Below, one piece after another: positions 47,926 through 57,117 of a stretch of DNA of 64,000 nt. The position numbers and the translations under genes were made by a program. The notes beneath the pieces are model-generated. The model did no database searches. It saw only the letters and a list, made by a program, of their open reading frames with translations, and was not told the DNA's origin. Location: NCBI GenBank assembly GCA_963756135.1, contig CAVWMP010000009.1, positions 43,108 to 107,107 on the forward strand. The letters are read 5' to 3'. Positions within the stretch are counted from its first letter, which is position 1; the number at the start of each line of letters is the position of its first letter. Origin of the DNA: an uncultured Actinomycetota bacterium (GTDB lineage Bacteria; Actinomycetota; Actinomycetes; Propionibacteriales; Nocardioidaceae).

Positions 47926-48717
47926 TCAAAACGTGGCGGGATCCACGCTGATCCAGACGTGCTGCGCGGTCGCGACCAGACCCCCGGCGGCGTCGTACAG
48001 GCTCGCCGCGGCGACGTTCTTGCGGCCCTCGGTCCCCAGCGCCAGGCCGACCACCACGTGCTCCTCGCCGATCACCGGCAGCCGGTCCACCCGGGTGGTC
48101 ATCCGGCCGAGCACCATCGGCCGCTCGTCGATGCCGCTCGACCAGGCACTGATGCAGTCCAGGGCCGCCCAGGTCACCGGGAGGGCGGCGCACCGGGTGC
48201 CGGTCCGGCACTCGTGCCAGTCCTCGGTGAGGCTCGCGTCCGGCGTCCAGGTGGCGGCCACCCGGGCCCGACCCGCGTCGTCGTCCACCGGCCCCGGGAA
48301 GATCCGCAGGCCGTCCCCGGGCTCGCGGTCGGTCCCACAGGCGAAGCAGGTGGGGAAGGGGTGCGAGACCAGCCCGGGTACGCCGCCTGCGCGGCGCGCG
48401 CCCGGTCGCACGGGCACCGGGGACACCGGGGTGAGCACGGCGGAGGCGTCCTCCTCGGCCCGGGCCACCAGGGTCTCGCCGGCGTACGCCTCCGCCCACC
48501 GGGCACCGGGTTCGCCGCCGCGGCTGACCTCCAGCACGGTGTCCAGCGGTGGCGGCTGTCGCAGCGTCACGGTGACCGGCGGCCACGGCTGGTCGTGCTC
48601 CCCGGTGCGGCCCGCGAGCGTCGCTGCCAGCGCGCCGGCGGCGTACCCGCCATTGCCGGACCGGGGTGGGCCGTTGTACCGGGCGGGGAGCACCAGGCTC
48701 GTGCTGGTGGGGGTCAT
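47926..48717 (-). CDS. Hotdog-fold (thioesterase-like) protein
   Basis: ATG 48717 overlaps the photolyase stop (ATGA). About 263 aa. Contains HPFPTCFACGTDREPGDGLRIFPGPV and a C-terminal hotdog-like beta region. Assignment tentative. Confidence 0.5.
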   Translation of the reverse strand: MTPTSTSLVLPARYNGPPRSGNGGYAAGALAATLAGRTGEHDQPWPPVTVTLRQPPPLDTVLEVSRGGEPGARWAEAYAGETLVARAEEDASAVLTPVSPVPVRPGARRAGGVPGLVSHPFPTCFACGTDREPGDGLRIFPGPVDDDAGRARVAATWTPDASLTEDWHECRTGTRCAALPVTWAALDCISAWSSGIDERPMVLGRMTTRVDRLPVIGEEHVVVGLALGTEGRKNVAAASLYDAAGGLVATAQHVWISVDPATF

Positions 48718-50064
48718 CGGATCGTCTCCCATCGGGCCAGGGCCTCCTGGCGCTCCTGCTGATGGTCCACCATCGGTTCCGGGTAGCCCACCAGAGCCCG
48801 GGTCTCCGGGTCCGGCTCGTGCGGGTCGGGGACCTGCTCGGGGTCCGCGAGCTCGGTCGACCCATCGCCGGACGTAGCCGCCCTCGGGGTCGAACCTGCG
48901 GCCCTGGCTGGTCGGGTTGAACACCCGGAAGAACGGCGAGGCGTCGGTGCCGCTGCCGGCGGTCCACTGCCAGCCGTGGTTGTTCGAGGCCAGGTCGCCG
49001 TCGACCAACCAGTGCAGGAAGTGCCGGGCCCCGTGCTGCCACTCCAGGTGCAGGTCCTTGACCAGGAAGCTGGCCACGATCATCCGCAGCCGGTTGTGCA
49101 TCCAGCCGGTGGCGCGCAGCTGCCGCATCCCGGCGTCCACGATCGGGAACCCGGTCCGACCCTCCTGCCAGGCGGCCAGCTGGTCGCCCGGCTCGTCGTA
49201 GGGCAGCTCGGCGTACTCCGGTCGGTAGTAGTCGCGTGCCGAGTCGGGACGGCGGAACAGGACGTCGGCGTAGAACTCGCGCCAGGCGATCTCCTGGCGG
49301 TACGTCGCCGCGCCCTTGCTGCGCTTGCGGGACAGGTCGGCCAGCAGCGTGCGCGGGTGGACCTCGCCGTACTTCAGGTGCACCGAGAGCCGGCTGGTGC
49401 CGTCCACGCCGGGCTTGTCCCGATCCTCGTCGTAGTCGTCGATGCGGTCCACGAACTCCTGCCACCGCCGGCCCGCGGCCGCCTCGCCGGCCTCGGGAAG
49501 GGTGAGCCCGGCGGGCAGGTCGGGGTCCGGGATGTCGGTGGTGCCGTCCTCCAACGCACACCAGCTCACCCCGGTCGGGGCCTCGATCGGGTCCCGCCAG
49601 CCGTGGTCGGTCCAGGACCGGAAGAACGGGGTGAAGACCTTGTACGGGTCGCCGGAGCCGTTCACCACCCGGCCGGGCGCCACGGCGTACGGCGACCCGG
49701 TGCGCACCAGCTCGATCCCGGCGTCCTTCAGCGCCTCCTCCACCGCCAGGTCGCGCTGGTGGCCGTACGGCGCGTAGTCGGCCGCGACGTGGACCCGCTG
49801 CGCGCCGACCGCCTTCGCCGCCAGCACCACCCGGCGTGCCGGATCGCCGCGCACCACCGAGAGGCTCGCGTGCCGCTGGCGCAGGGAGGCGTCGAGGGAC
49901 CGCAGCGAGGCACCCAGGTAGGCGCGCCGGGACGGACCGGCGGGGCCCCACAGCCGGGGGTCGAGGACGAACAGGGGCAGGACGTCACCATCGGCCGCCG
50001 CCGCGACCAGAGCCGGGTTGTCGCCCAGCCGCAGGTCTCGCCGGAACCACATCACCGCGCTCAC
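48714..50064 (-). CDS. phr: Deoxyribodipyrimidine photolyase; one frame break near 48860
   Basis: The N-terminus reads (V)SAVMWFRRDLRLGDNPAL. Also WREFY, TGFPIVDAGMRQLRATGWMHNRLRMIVASFL and GWQWTAGSGTDA. The C-terminus ...ELADPEQVPDPHEP...ALARWETIR* is recovered in the adjacent frame. Confidence 0.85.
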
Positions 50065-50118
50065 CCGTCCCACCCTGCCACCGGGTTGGTGGGGGAGTCC
50101 GGTGGGGCGGCTGGATCG

Positions 50119-50823
50119 ATGGGACACAATGCCGGGGTGAGCGATCTGATCGACACCACGGAGATGTACCTCCGGACCATCTACGAGCTGGTCGAGGAGG
50201 GCATCGTCCCGTTGCGTGCCCGGATCGCCGAGCGGCTGCACCAGAGCGGCCCCACGGTCTCGCAGACCGTGGCCCGGATGGAGCGCGACGGCCTGCTCAC
50301 CATCGAGGGCGACCGGCACCTGGAGCTCACCGACGAGGGGTTGCGGCTGGCCACCCGGGTGATGCGCAAGCACCGGCTGGCCGAGCGGCTGCTCACCGAC
50401 GTGATCGGGCTGGACTGGGAGCTGGTGCACGAGGAGGCGTGCCGCTGGGAGCACGTGATGAGCGAGACCGTGGAGCGCCGGCTGCTCGAGCTGCTCGACC
50501 ACCCCACCGAGTCGCCGTACGGCAACCCGATCCCGGGCCTGGCCGAGCTCGGTCAGACCGCGGTCGGGGAGCAGTTCATGGACGGGGTCGAGCCGCTCAC
50601 CGCGGTCGCGACCGCGGAGGAGGGCCGGGTCCTGGTCCGCCGGATCTCCGAGGAGATGCAGAAGGACGAGGTGCTGATGAGCGCGCTGCGCCGCGTCGGC
50701 GCCCTGCCCGACAAGACCGTCACCGTGGTGACCACCGAGCAGGGGGTCCTGGTCGGGGCCGGCGGGGAGAGCGCCGAGATCGTCCCGGAGGCTGCCGAGC
50801 ACATCTTCGTCCGCCGGCTCTGA
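50119..50823 (+). CDS. ideR: DtxR/IdeR family metal-dependent regulator
   Basis: DLIDTTEMYLRTIYELVEEG, SQTVARMERDGLL, HRLAERLL, and a C-terminal SH3-like domain. Start ATG 50119 or GTG 50137. Divergent from photolyase with about 55 bp between the starts. Confidence 0.9.
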   Translation: MGHNAGVSDLIDTTEMYLRTIYELVEEGIVPLRARIAERLHQSGPTVSQTVARMERDGLLTIEGDRHLELTDEGLRLATRVMRKHRLAERLLTDVIGLDWELVHEEACRWEHVMSETVERRLLELLDHPTESPYGNPIPGLAELGQTAVGEQFMDGVEPLTAVATAEEGRVLVRRISEEMQKDEVLMSALRRVGALPDKTVTVVTTEQGVLVGAGGESAEIVPEAAEHIFVRRL

Positions 50824-50854
50824 GCGGTTGTTCGCGGTTTCCGGGCCCCTCCCA

Positions 50855-50915
50855 GGAATCCCCGGTCGTCAGGGGTTCCCGACGGTTGTCAGGGGTTGCA
50901 ACGGCCGACAACCGT
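50855..50915. repeat. Palindromic repeat units (left flank of the AbiEi-like gene)
   Basis: GGAATCCCCGGTCGTCAGGGGTTCCC (50855-50880) is the inverted counterpart of the units at 52093-52188. It is followed by the hairpin ACGGTTGTC...GACAACCGT (50882-50890 / 50907-50915), which resembles 52058-52095. Confidence 0.8.
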
Positions 50916-50969
50916 GGGAAGAGACTGACAACCCCCTGGCGTCGCCCGAGGAAATTCGGCGACCCCGCG

Positions 50970-51917
50970 TCAGGCAGCGACCGGTCCGTCCAGCATCGCC
51001 CGGACCCGGGCGGCAGTGAGCTCGGGGGTGTACAGGTCGGCCCAGCAGATCCGGATGCACAGCCAGCCGGTGAGCTCCCTGATCTGGTCCTCGCGGCGCT
51101 TCTCTCGCGCCACGGCATCAGCCACGGTCTCGCCGGGGCGCAGGTACTTGACGTACTTCTGCCGCCCGTCGAACTCCATCCACACCCGCCGCTGCGGCCA
51201 CGCGAAGTCGAGTCGGGCGACGATGTTGCCGCTCCGGTCCTTGACCTCGAACTGCGGCTGCGGGGCCGGCAATCCCTGTGCCCAGCACAGGAAGTACGCC
51301 CGGGACTCGCCCACCGACTCCAGCCGCCCATCGGCGAGGCGGACCACCAGGTCGTTGTGCAGCGTACGCGGCCAGCAGTCCTGGGTCGCCAGGCCCTGGG
51401 TGAGGAGCGGCTTCGTGGTCTCGCCCAGGTGCAGCAGGCTGTTGACCACCACCAGGCTGTGCTCCACATCGGACACACTGGCGACGTCCAGTGCGGTGCG
51501 AGTGCCACTGGTCACCGGGATGCCGTCGCGCACGGTGGTGTCCCCGACGCGCAGCACCCCACGGTGCTGCACCACCCCTGCCTCTCGTCGCCCGGCGCGC
51601 CCGTCGGACCGAGTCAGGTGGGCCAGCTCCGGCGGCTGCCACACGTCGGCGCCGAGGGCGTGGGCCGCGGACTGATGGGAGAGGAAGGCGTGGCAGCGGC
51701 TGTTGCGCAGGACGGCGCGGGCGAGAAGCAGACGCTGGGTCGCCAGCGGCGAGGAACGCCACAGCTCCCCGTCGACGTACGCGCCGCGGCGAACGCGGTG
51801 CCACGTGCCGTCGCTGAGGTGACGGTGGATGGCGCGGTCGTCGTACCCCAGCGCAATGGCTTCCTTGCGCAGGAACACTCCGTGCTGGGCGGTCAGTGCT
51901 TGCAGTCGTGGGTCCAT
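50970..51917 (-). CDS. AbiEi_4-like N-terminal domain + DUF559/endonuclease-like C-terminal domain protein
   Basis: Intact 315-aa ORF. The N-terminus GVFLRKEAIALGYDDRAIHRHLSDGTWHRVRRGAY and the C-terminus ARLDFAWPQRRVWMEFDGRQKY...REDQIRELTGW match the multicopy actinobacterial family usually named AbiEi antitoxin domain-containing protein. No AbiEii partner is adjacent. Confidence 0.55.
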   Translation of the reverse strand: MDPRLQALTAQHGVFLRKEAIALGYDDRAIHRHLSDGTWHRVRRGAYVDGELWRSSPLATQRLLLARAVLRNSRCHAFLSHQSAAHALGADVWQPPELAHLTRSDGRAGRREAGVVQHRGVLRVGDTTVRDGIPVTSGTRTALDVASVSDVEHSLVVVNSLLHLGETTKPLLTQGLATQDCWPRTLHNDLVVRLADGRLESVGESRAYFLCWAQGLPAPQPQFEVKDRSGNIVARLDFAWPQRRVWMEFDGRQKYVKYLRPGETVADAVAREKRREDQIRELTGWLCIRICWADLYTPELTAARVRAMLDGPVAA

Positions 51918-52057
51918 GTCCGGACCCTGACGCGAGCAGGGGCGTCGGCGCGCGCCCTGGCGACGGGGCTGTGGACAGGGGGGCGGGGTCGGCGCGCTGT
52001 GGATGGGTGGTGGCCCGATGCGGAAGGCCCTGCGGGACTCGGGTTGTCAGGGATCGC

Positions 52058-52095
52058 CGACGGTTGTCGGCTGTTGCACCGGCCGACAACCGTCG
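52058..52095. repeat. Perfect 13-bp-arm hairpin unit
   Basis: CGACGGTTGTCGG (52058-52070) and CCGACAACCGTCG (52083-52095) with a 12-nt loop. Related to the hairpin at 50882-50915. Confidence 0.85.
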
Positions 52096-52188
52096 GGAAC
52101 CCCTGACATCCGGGGATCGCCACGTCGGGAACCCCTGACATCCGGGGATTCCCACGTCGGAATCCCCTGACATCCGGGGATTCCCACC
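52093..52188. repeat. 3 x 32-bp head-to-tail tandem repeat, each unit with an internal hairpin
   Basis: Units at 52093-52124, 52125-52156 and 52157-52188 (TCGGGAACCCCTGACATCCGGGGATCGCCACG and variants). Unit 3 contains the perfect 9-bp stem GGAATCCCC/GGGGATTCC with loop TGACATCC. Confidence 0.9.
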
Positions 52189-52204
52189 AGGAAATCCGAA
52201 GCCG

Positions 52205-53100
52205 TCAGGCGGCAAGCGCGCTGAGGAACTCGCTGGTCCCGGTGTCGAGCTTGTACGTCGCGAGGTCGTCGCCGCGGGTGGCGCCCCGGTTCACGATCAC
52301 CACCGGGATCGCGGTCTTGGCGGCCCGGCGGACGAACCGGAGCCCGCTCATCACGGTCAGGCTGGAGCCGGCGACCAGGAGCGCGCCGCCGGAGTCCGCG
52401 AGCGCCTCGACGGCAGTGAAGCAGCGCTGCACCCGGGGCGCCGGGACGTTCTCGCCGAAGAAGACCACGTCCGGCTTGAGGACCCCGCCGCACTGCTCGC
52501 AACCGGGGACCGCGAACCCGGCGGTCTCCTCCAGCGCGACGTCGCCGTCGGGGCGCATCGCCGCCTCGGCGTGCCGCTCGGCGAACCCGGGGTTCGCGAC
52601 GGTCAGCCGCTCGTGCAGTCGGACTCTCGAGGAGGTACGCCGGCAGCCCAGGCAGACCACGTCGCTGATCCGGCCGTGCAGCGCGACCACCCGCCGGGAC
52701 CCGGCCCGCTCGTGCAGGCCGTCGACGTTCTGGGTGATCAGCAGCTCCGGGTCGAGCCTCGGTCAGGGCTCGGTGCCCCGCGTTCGGCCCGGCGACCCGC
52801 ATCCGGCCCCACCCCAGGTGGCTGCGTGCCCAGTACCGCTGCTGCGCGGTCGGAGCCGGAGACGAACTCCTGGTAGGTCATCGGCGCCCGCGACGGGGAG
52901 CCCGGCCCCCGGTAGTCGGGGATCCCGGAGTCGGTGGAGAGCCCGGCGCCGGTCAGCACCACCAGCGGTCGGCCCCGCAGGAACGCCAGCGCCTCGTCGT
53001 ACGCCGGCAGCTCGACCGCCGCCGCCGCCGGTGCCGCCGACGTGGTGAGGTCGCCCGGCAGCCGGACCACCGGGGCGGTGGTCGTCGGCGCGGTGGTCAT
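52205..53100 (-). CDS. cobB: NAD-dependent protein deacylase (sirtuin, Sir2 family); two frame breaks
   Basis: [30 protein letters not shown], a Zn ribbon (CLGCRR...CEQCGG) and [10 protein letters not shown]. The three fragments (ORFs 52738..53100, 52047..52802, 52205..52690) join after removing one base near 52843 and one near 52760. Confidence 0.8.
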
Positions 53101-53366
53101 CGCGCGTACCGCAGCTGTGCCCGGGCCCGTGCCTTCTCCGCCTCGACCTCACGGTCCTTCGGCGGCGCGGTGGTGACCAGCCCGTCGAGCAGGTCCTCGG
53201 TGATCCGGGCGATCTGCGCCACCGCGGCGTCGAAGACCTCCTGGTTGGCCTGCGACGGCCGGGTGGTGCCGCTGACCTTCCGGACGTACTGCAACGCCGC
53301 CGAGGTGACCTCGTCCCGGGTCGCCGGCGGCTCGAAGTTGTTCAGCGGGCGGATGTTGCGACACAT
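53097..53366 (-). CDS. DUF2277-family small protein
   Basis: [33 protein letters not shown]... (89 aa). The stop overlaps the Sir2 ATG (ATGA). Confidence 0.7.
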   Translation of the reverse strand: MCRNIRPLNNFEPPATRDEVTSAALQYVRKVSGTTRPSQANQEVFDAAVAQIARITEDLLDGLVTTAPPKDREVEAEKARARAQLRYAR

Positions 53367-53452
53367 GGCTACGAGAATACGTCGGCCCGGCCACCTGCTC
53401 CGTTGCTGCGCGGGCCGGGCTGGCGCGGGCAGCTGTGGCGCGGCCGGCTGTC

Positions 53453-53540
53453 GTTTCATCACGGTACGTGGGTGAACCTGCACTTCCCCAGGTCCGTGCA
53501 CCCCGGGAAGTGCAGGTTCACCTACGTACCGTGATGAAAC
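53453..53540. repeat. Long inverted repeat (36-bp arms, 1 mismatch, 16-nt spacer)
   Basis: GTTTCATCACGGTACGTGGGTGAACCTGCACTTCCC (53453-53488) versus its reverse complement at 53505-53540 (single G/A difference). It lies between the stop of the beta-propeller gene (53561) and the DUF2277 start (53366). Confidence 0.9.
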
Positions 53541-53560
53541 CGCAGGGGGCCGGCCCGCCC

Positions 53561-55560
53561 TCACAGCTCGAAGAACGTCGCGTCGTCCCCGGTCACCAGC
53601 ACCACCCGGCCGTCGGGCAACGGCACCGTCCGGACCTGGCCGACCTCGTGGCCGTACTCGACCTCGACCAGCCGCTGGCTCAGCCCACCGCCCTCGAGCC
53701 GGACCACCGAGACCGACCCGGTGCGGGCGCCGGACCCGCTGCTGATCACCGTCAGCAGCGTCCGTTCCGCCGGCAGCCAGGTGACCTGGCGCGGGTCGGA
53801 GGCCGCCTGTGCCACCGTGCCGTTGCCGTAGGAGAGCACGTCGATCCGGCGTACGTCGGTCAGGTCGGTGACGTCGAAGAGGCCCAGCTGGGCGCCCCAG
53901 CCGCGGGGGCCGGACCCGGTCGGGCCCTGGCCGATCCCGATCAGCCGGTCCGACCCCAGCGGGTGCAGGTACTCCGAGAAGCCGGGGATCTTCAGCTTGC
54001 CCAGCAGCGTCGGCGTGGCCGGGTCGGTCAGGTCGATCGCGTACAGCGGGTCGACCTGCCGGAACGTCACCATGATCGCCAGGTCGTCGAACCAGCGCAT
54101 CGACTCGATGTTCTCGTTGACCCCGAGCTTGTCCAGCCGGCCCACCTCGACCAGCTGTCGCCGTCGCGGCGCAGCGTGATCACGGAGTTGAAGTTGCCGG
54201 TCGCCTCGGTGGCGCCGACGGCTACCCGGAGCACCCCGTCGTGCTCGTCCATCGCCCAGCGGTCGGCGATCCGGCCCTCGACCTCACCGGAGGCGGTGTG
54301 GGTGGCGCCGATCCCGTCCAGGGTGAACTCGTGGACCTGGCTGGTGCCGCGGGGACCACGGGGCGGGGCCGGGCGCAGCACGTCCGGACCCAGGGGCCGA
54401 CCGAGTCCCCGACCGAGTCCTCGACCCAGCAGCAGCCACCCCACCAGCCCGGCGCCGTGGCGACGTACATCCGGTCGGCGGAGAAGTAGGCGAGGTCGGT
54501 GTCGACCGCGAGCCCGTCGACCGAGGTCCGGGCCGGGTCGGCGGCGTCGAAGCCGACCACGGACAGGGTGCCCAGCCCGCTGTCGTCGTCGCGGGGCAGC
54601 GCCACCGCGTCGCAGCCGACCGCCAGCTCCGGGTCGCCCCCGTCCACGCGTCACCTGCGGGCAGCCAGTCCTCCAGGGTGCTGCCGGCCACGACCGCACG
54701 GTTCTTCTCCAGCGCGGTCTCCTGGCCGCGCCAGGCCTGCGGGCTGGACGAAGTCGAGCCGCGGCAGTCCCTGCTGGAGCACCAGCCGCACCGTGTCGCC
54801 GTGCAGGCGAGCGGCGGTGAGCGCGCCGTCGTAGACCGCGGTCCGGGTGAGGCTCGGGGCCGCGGGGGAGGAGAGGTCGACGACCATGACGCGGGTAGCG
54901 GCTGCTCCCGCCCGGCCCGCGTCGGCGTCAGGTCCCAGGAGGACCGCGGTGTCCCCGACCAGCAGCAGCTCGGCGCCGTCCGCCAGACCGTCGAGGTTCC
55001 AGCGAGCCGAGCCGGACCACCTGGTCGCCGCTCACGTCGTAGGTCACCAGGTCACCGTCCTGCACCCGGACGAGGAGATCGCCGTCGGTCTTGACCACGT
55101 CCGGCTCGTCCACCCCGGCCTCCTGCACGTTGGTGCCGGTGGCGCTGCTGGTGGACCGGGTGACGCCGGGGGTCGGGGCCCGGAGCTCGCTGGTGGCCGC
55201 GCTGTCCCCCGTGGCCGGCATCGGGACGATGCCGCCCAGGTCGGCCCCGCCGCCCTCGGCCGCCCACGCGATGTCGTCCCAGCCCCACGGGCCGACCAGG
55301 TCGGTGCCGCGGTCGACGTACCACCCGAGCAGGTCCGAGCAGGAGTCCGCGGTGCCGAGCGTCCCGGTGAAGCTGACCTGCGCGGTGCCGGGCGCGGCCG
55401 CGACGACCCGGCGGGCCGGCGTACCGGTGTCGTCGCCGAGCGCGAAGCCGGCCACGAAGGCCGCGGTCATCCCCGCGACCGCGCCGACGACGGCAGCGGT
55501 GCGCGCGGCGGTGCGGGCGGGCCGGGGGGTGCGGGACGGGACGCTCTCGGTTCCGGGCAT
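53561..55560 (-). CDS. Secreted beta-propeller domain protein (Beta_propel-like family); at least 6 frame breaks
   Basis: ATG 55560 (MPGTESVPSRTPRPARTAARTAAVVGAVAGMTAAF, signal/TM). Fragments in ORFs 54928..55614, 54651..54887, 54284..54691, 54222..54647, 54067..54699 and 53561..54145 tile in order. The C-terminal block MRWFDDLAIMVTFRQVDPLYAIDLTDPATPTLLGKLKIPGFSEYLHPLG is characteristic of the family. Confidence 0.65.
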
Positions 55561-55612
55561 GCGGATCGGACGCGCCGTCGGGGCGTCGGGTTCCGCGTGG
55601 CACGATCGAGCC

Positions 55613-56787
55613 ATGCCTCAGCGCGACTTCGACATCGTCCTGTTCGGCGCCACCGGGTTCACCGGCGGCCTGACCGCGGAGTACCTCGCCCACCACGCGC
55701 CGAGCGGTCTCCGCTGGGCGCTGGCCGGCCGGAGCCCGGAGAAGCTGGAGCGGGTCCGCTCCCGGCTGGCGGCGATCGACGAGCGGTACGGCGACCTCGA
55801 GCTGCTGCACGCCGACGTGACCGACCCGGCGTCGCTGGCCGACGTGGCCGCCCGGTCCCGGGTGGTGATCACCACCGTCGGGCCGTACCTCGAGCACGGC
55901 GAGCCGCTGGTCGCGGCCTGCGCCGAGGCCGGCACCGACTACGTCGACCTCACCGGGGAGCCGGAGTTCGTCGACCGGATGTACCTGGCCCACCACGCCA
56001 CCGCCGAGAAGAGCGGCGCCCGGATCGTGCATGCGTGCGGCTTCGACTCGATCCCGCACGACCTGGGGGTCCTGCACGCGATGCAGCAGCTCGGGGCCAC
56101 CGGCCCGGTCACCGCGCGCGGCGTGGTCCGCGCCAGCGGGATGTTCTCCGGCGGCACCTTCCACTCCGCGCTGAACGCGATGTCGCGGGCCAAGCAGATG
56201 CGGCAGGCCTCCGCCGAACGGCGCAGCGCCGAGCAGCGCCCCGAGGGGCGGTCCTCCCGCGCCGTCGCGGGCAAGCCGCACCGCGACGGCAAGCTCGGCC
56301 TGTGGCTGCTGCCGATGCCGACCATCGACCCGCTTCGTGGTGGCCCGCAGCGGTGCCGCCCTCCCGGTCTACGGCTCGAAGTTCCGCTACTCCCACTTCG
56401 CCGGCACCAAGACCCTGCGGTACGCCGCGGGCGGGGCCGCTGCGGTGATGACGCTGGCCGGCGCCGCGCAGGTCAAGCCGGTGCGCAAGCTCCTGCTCGG
56501 CCGGATCCCGCAGGGGGAGGGGCCCGACGAGTCGCGCCGGGAGAAGTCCTGGTTCACCGTCGACGTGGTCGCCGAGGGCGACGGTCGCAGCGTGCACACC
56601 CAGGTCCGCGGCGGTGACCCCGGCTACGGGGAGACCGCCAAGATGCTCGCCGAGTCGGCGCTGTGCCTCGCCCTGGACGACAATCCCAAGACCGCCGGAA
56701 ATGGTGACCACCGCGGTCGCGATGGGCGACAACCTCACGCGCCGGCTCCAGGACGCCGGGATCGGGTTCGAGGTCATCGCGAGCTGA
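55613..56787 (+). CDS. Saccharopine dehydrogenase-like NAD(P)-binding oxidoreductase; two frame breaks
   Basis: ATG 55613. Rossmann motif DIVLFGATGFTGGLTAEYLA, then VVITTVGPY and HACGFDSIPHD. It continues in ORF 56337.. (...VARSGAALPVYGSKFRYSHF...GGDPGYGETAKMLAESALCLALD) and ends ...VTTAVAMGDNLTRRLQDAGIGFEVIAS* (stop 56785-56787). Confidence 0.75.
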
Positions 56788-57117
56788 GCCGGTGTCCCGG
56801 AGCCACGGGGTCCGCCACTCGGCTTGGCGGCGGTCATTCTGCGGGTGATCTAAGCGGTACTGCCGGCCGTCCCAACGCGGCTGAGCCCGCCGTGCCCCCG
56901 GCGTGGAGGGGAACTAGTGATTCTCCAGTAAGGCGCACAAAAGGGGGAGCGGCTTTCACGGGCCAACCCAACCGGGTGGTAAAAAGCACCGGGCTGAGGG
57001 GTCGGGAGAGGGCTGTGGGTAGCCCCGACGGGCCATTGTCGCTGGATGTTGATGCGAGCACCATGCAAGGTGACCCGCTGGCGCCCACGTCCACCGGGTG
57101 GGCCCGGAGGTCTCAAC

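Noticed and set aside
50970-51917. AbiEi-like gene as half of an AbiE toxin-antitoxin or abortive-infection pair.
   Set aside because: No AbiEii-type nucleotidyltransferase gene is adjacent on either side. The protein is the fused AbiEi_4/DUF559-like type that occurs as a stand-alone multicopy gene, so a functional TA pair cannot be supported.
52093-52188. Possible CRISPR array, since the 32-bp repeats contain palindromic cores.
   Set aside because: The three units are directly head to tail with no spacers. There are only three copies, no cas genes are in the window, and a related unit occurs singly and inverted at 50855-50880. They behave as REP/MITE-like units, not CRISPR repeats.
50828-52215. 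Short ORFs inside the repeat regions (50828..51019+, 50869..51060-, 51893..52141-, 51896..52138+, 51118..52215-).
   Set aside because: Their similar peptides (e.g. GFPTVV..C.GRQP) simply reflect translation of the repeated palindromic DNA in several frames. They have no start context and overlap the well-supported AbiEi-like gene.
52205-53366. Sir2-domain protein as part of an anti-phage defence system (e.g. Sir2 with a partner effector or sensor).
   Set aside because: It has the full canonical sirtuin deacylase signature, including the Zn-ribbon cysteines, and a normal size. Its only coupled partner is an 89-aa DUF2277 protein, and no HerA, TIR, pAgo, STAND or nuclease partner is present. 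It fits a housekeeping CobB-type enzyme.
53097-54820. ORFs running through the 36-bp-arm inverted repeat (the N-terminal extension of 53097..53564-, and 53435..54820+).
   Set aside because: Both strands give the same peptide (SSRYVGEPALP...) only because the DNA is palindromic. The DUF2277 protein starts at the conserved MCRNIRPL (53366), and 53435..54820+ is antisense to the beta-propeller gene.
56892-56906. Possible att-type direct repeat of the tRNA-Arg 3' end at the far border of the lower-GC3 block.
   Set aside because: The only match is a roughly 12-of-15 similarity (GTGCCCCCGGCGTGG versus GTGCCCCAGGCAGGA of the tRNA). That is too short and imperfect in GC-rich DNA, and no integrase gene is present.
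56788-57117. Assigning the long leader to a specific riboswitch class (ydaO/c-di-AMP, GEMM-I/c-di-GMP, glycine, guanidine).
   Set aside because: Isolated fragments resemble pieces of these motifs, but they are not in the right order or spacing. Without a covariance-model search the assignment would be a guess, so it is reported only as an unclassified structured leader.
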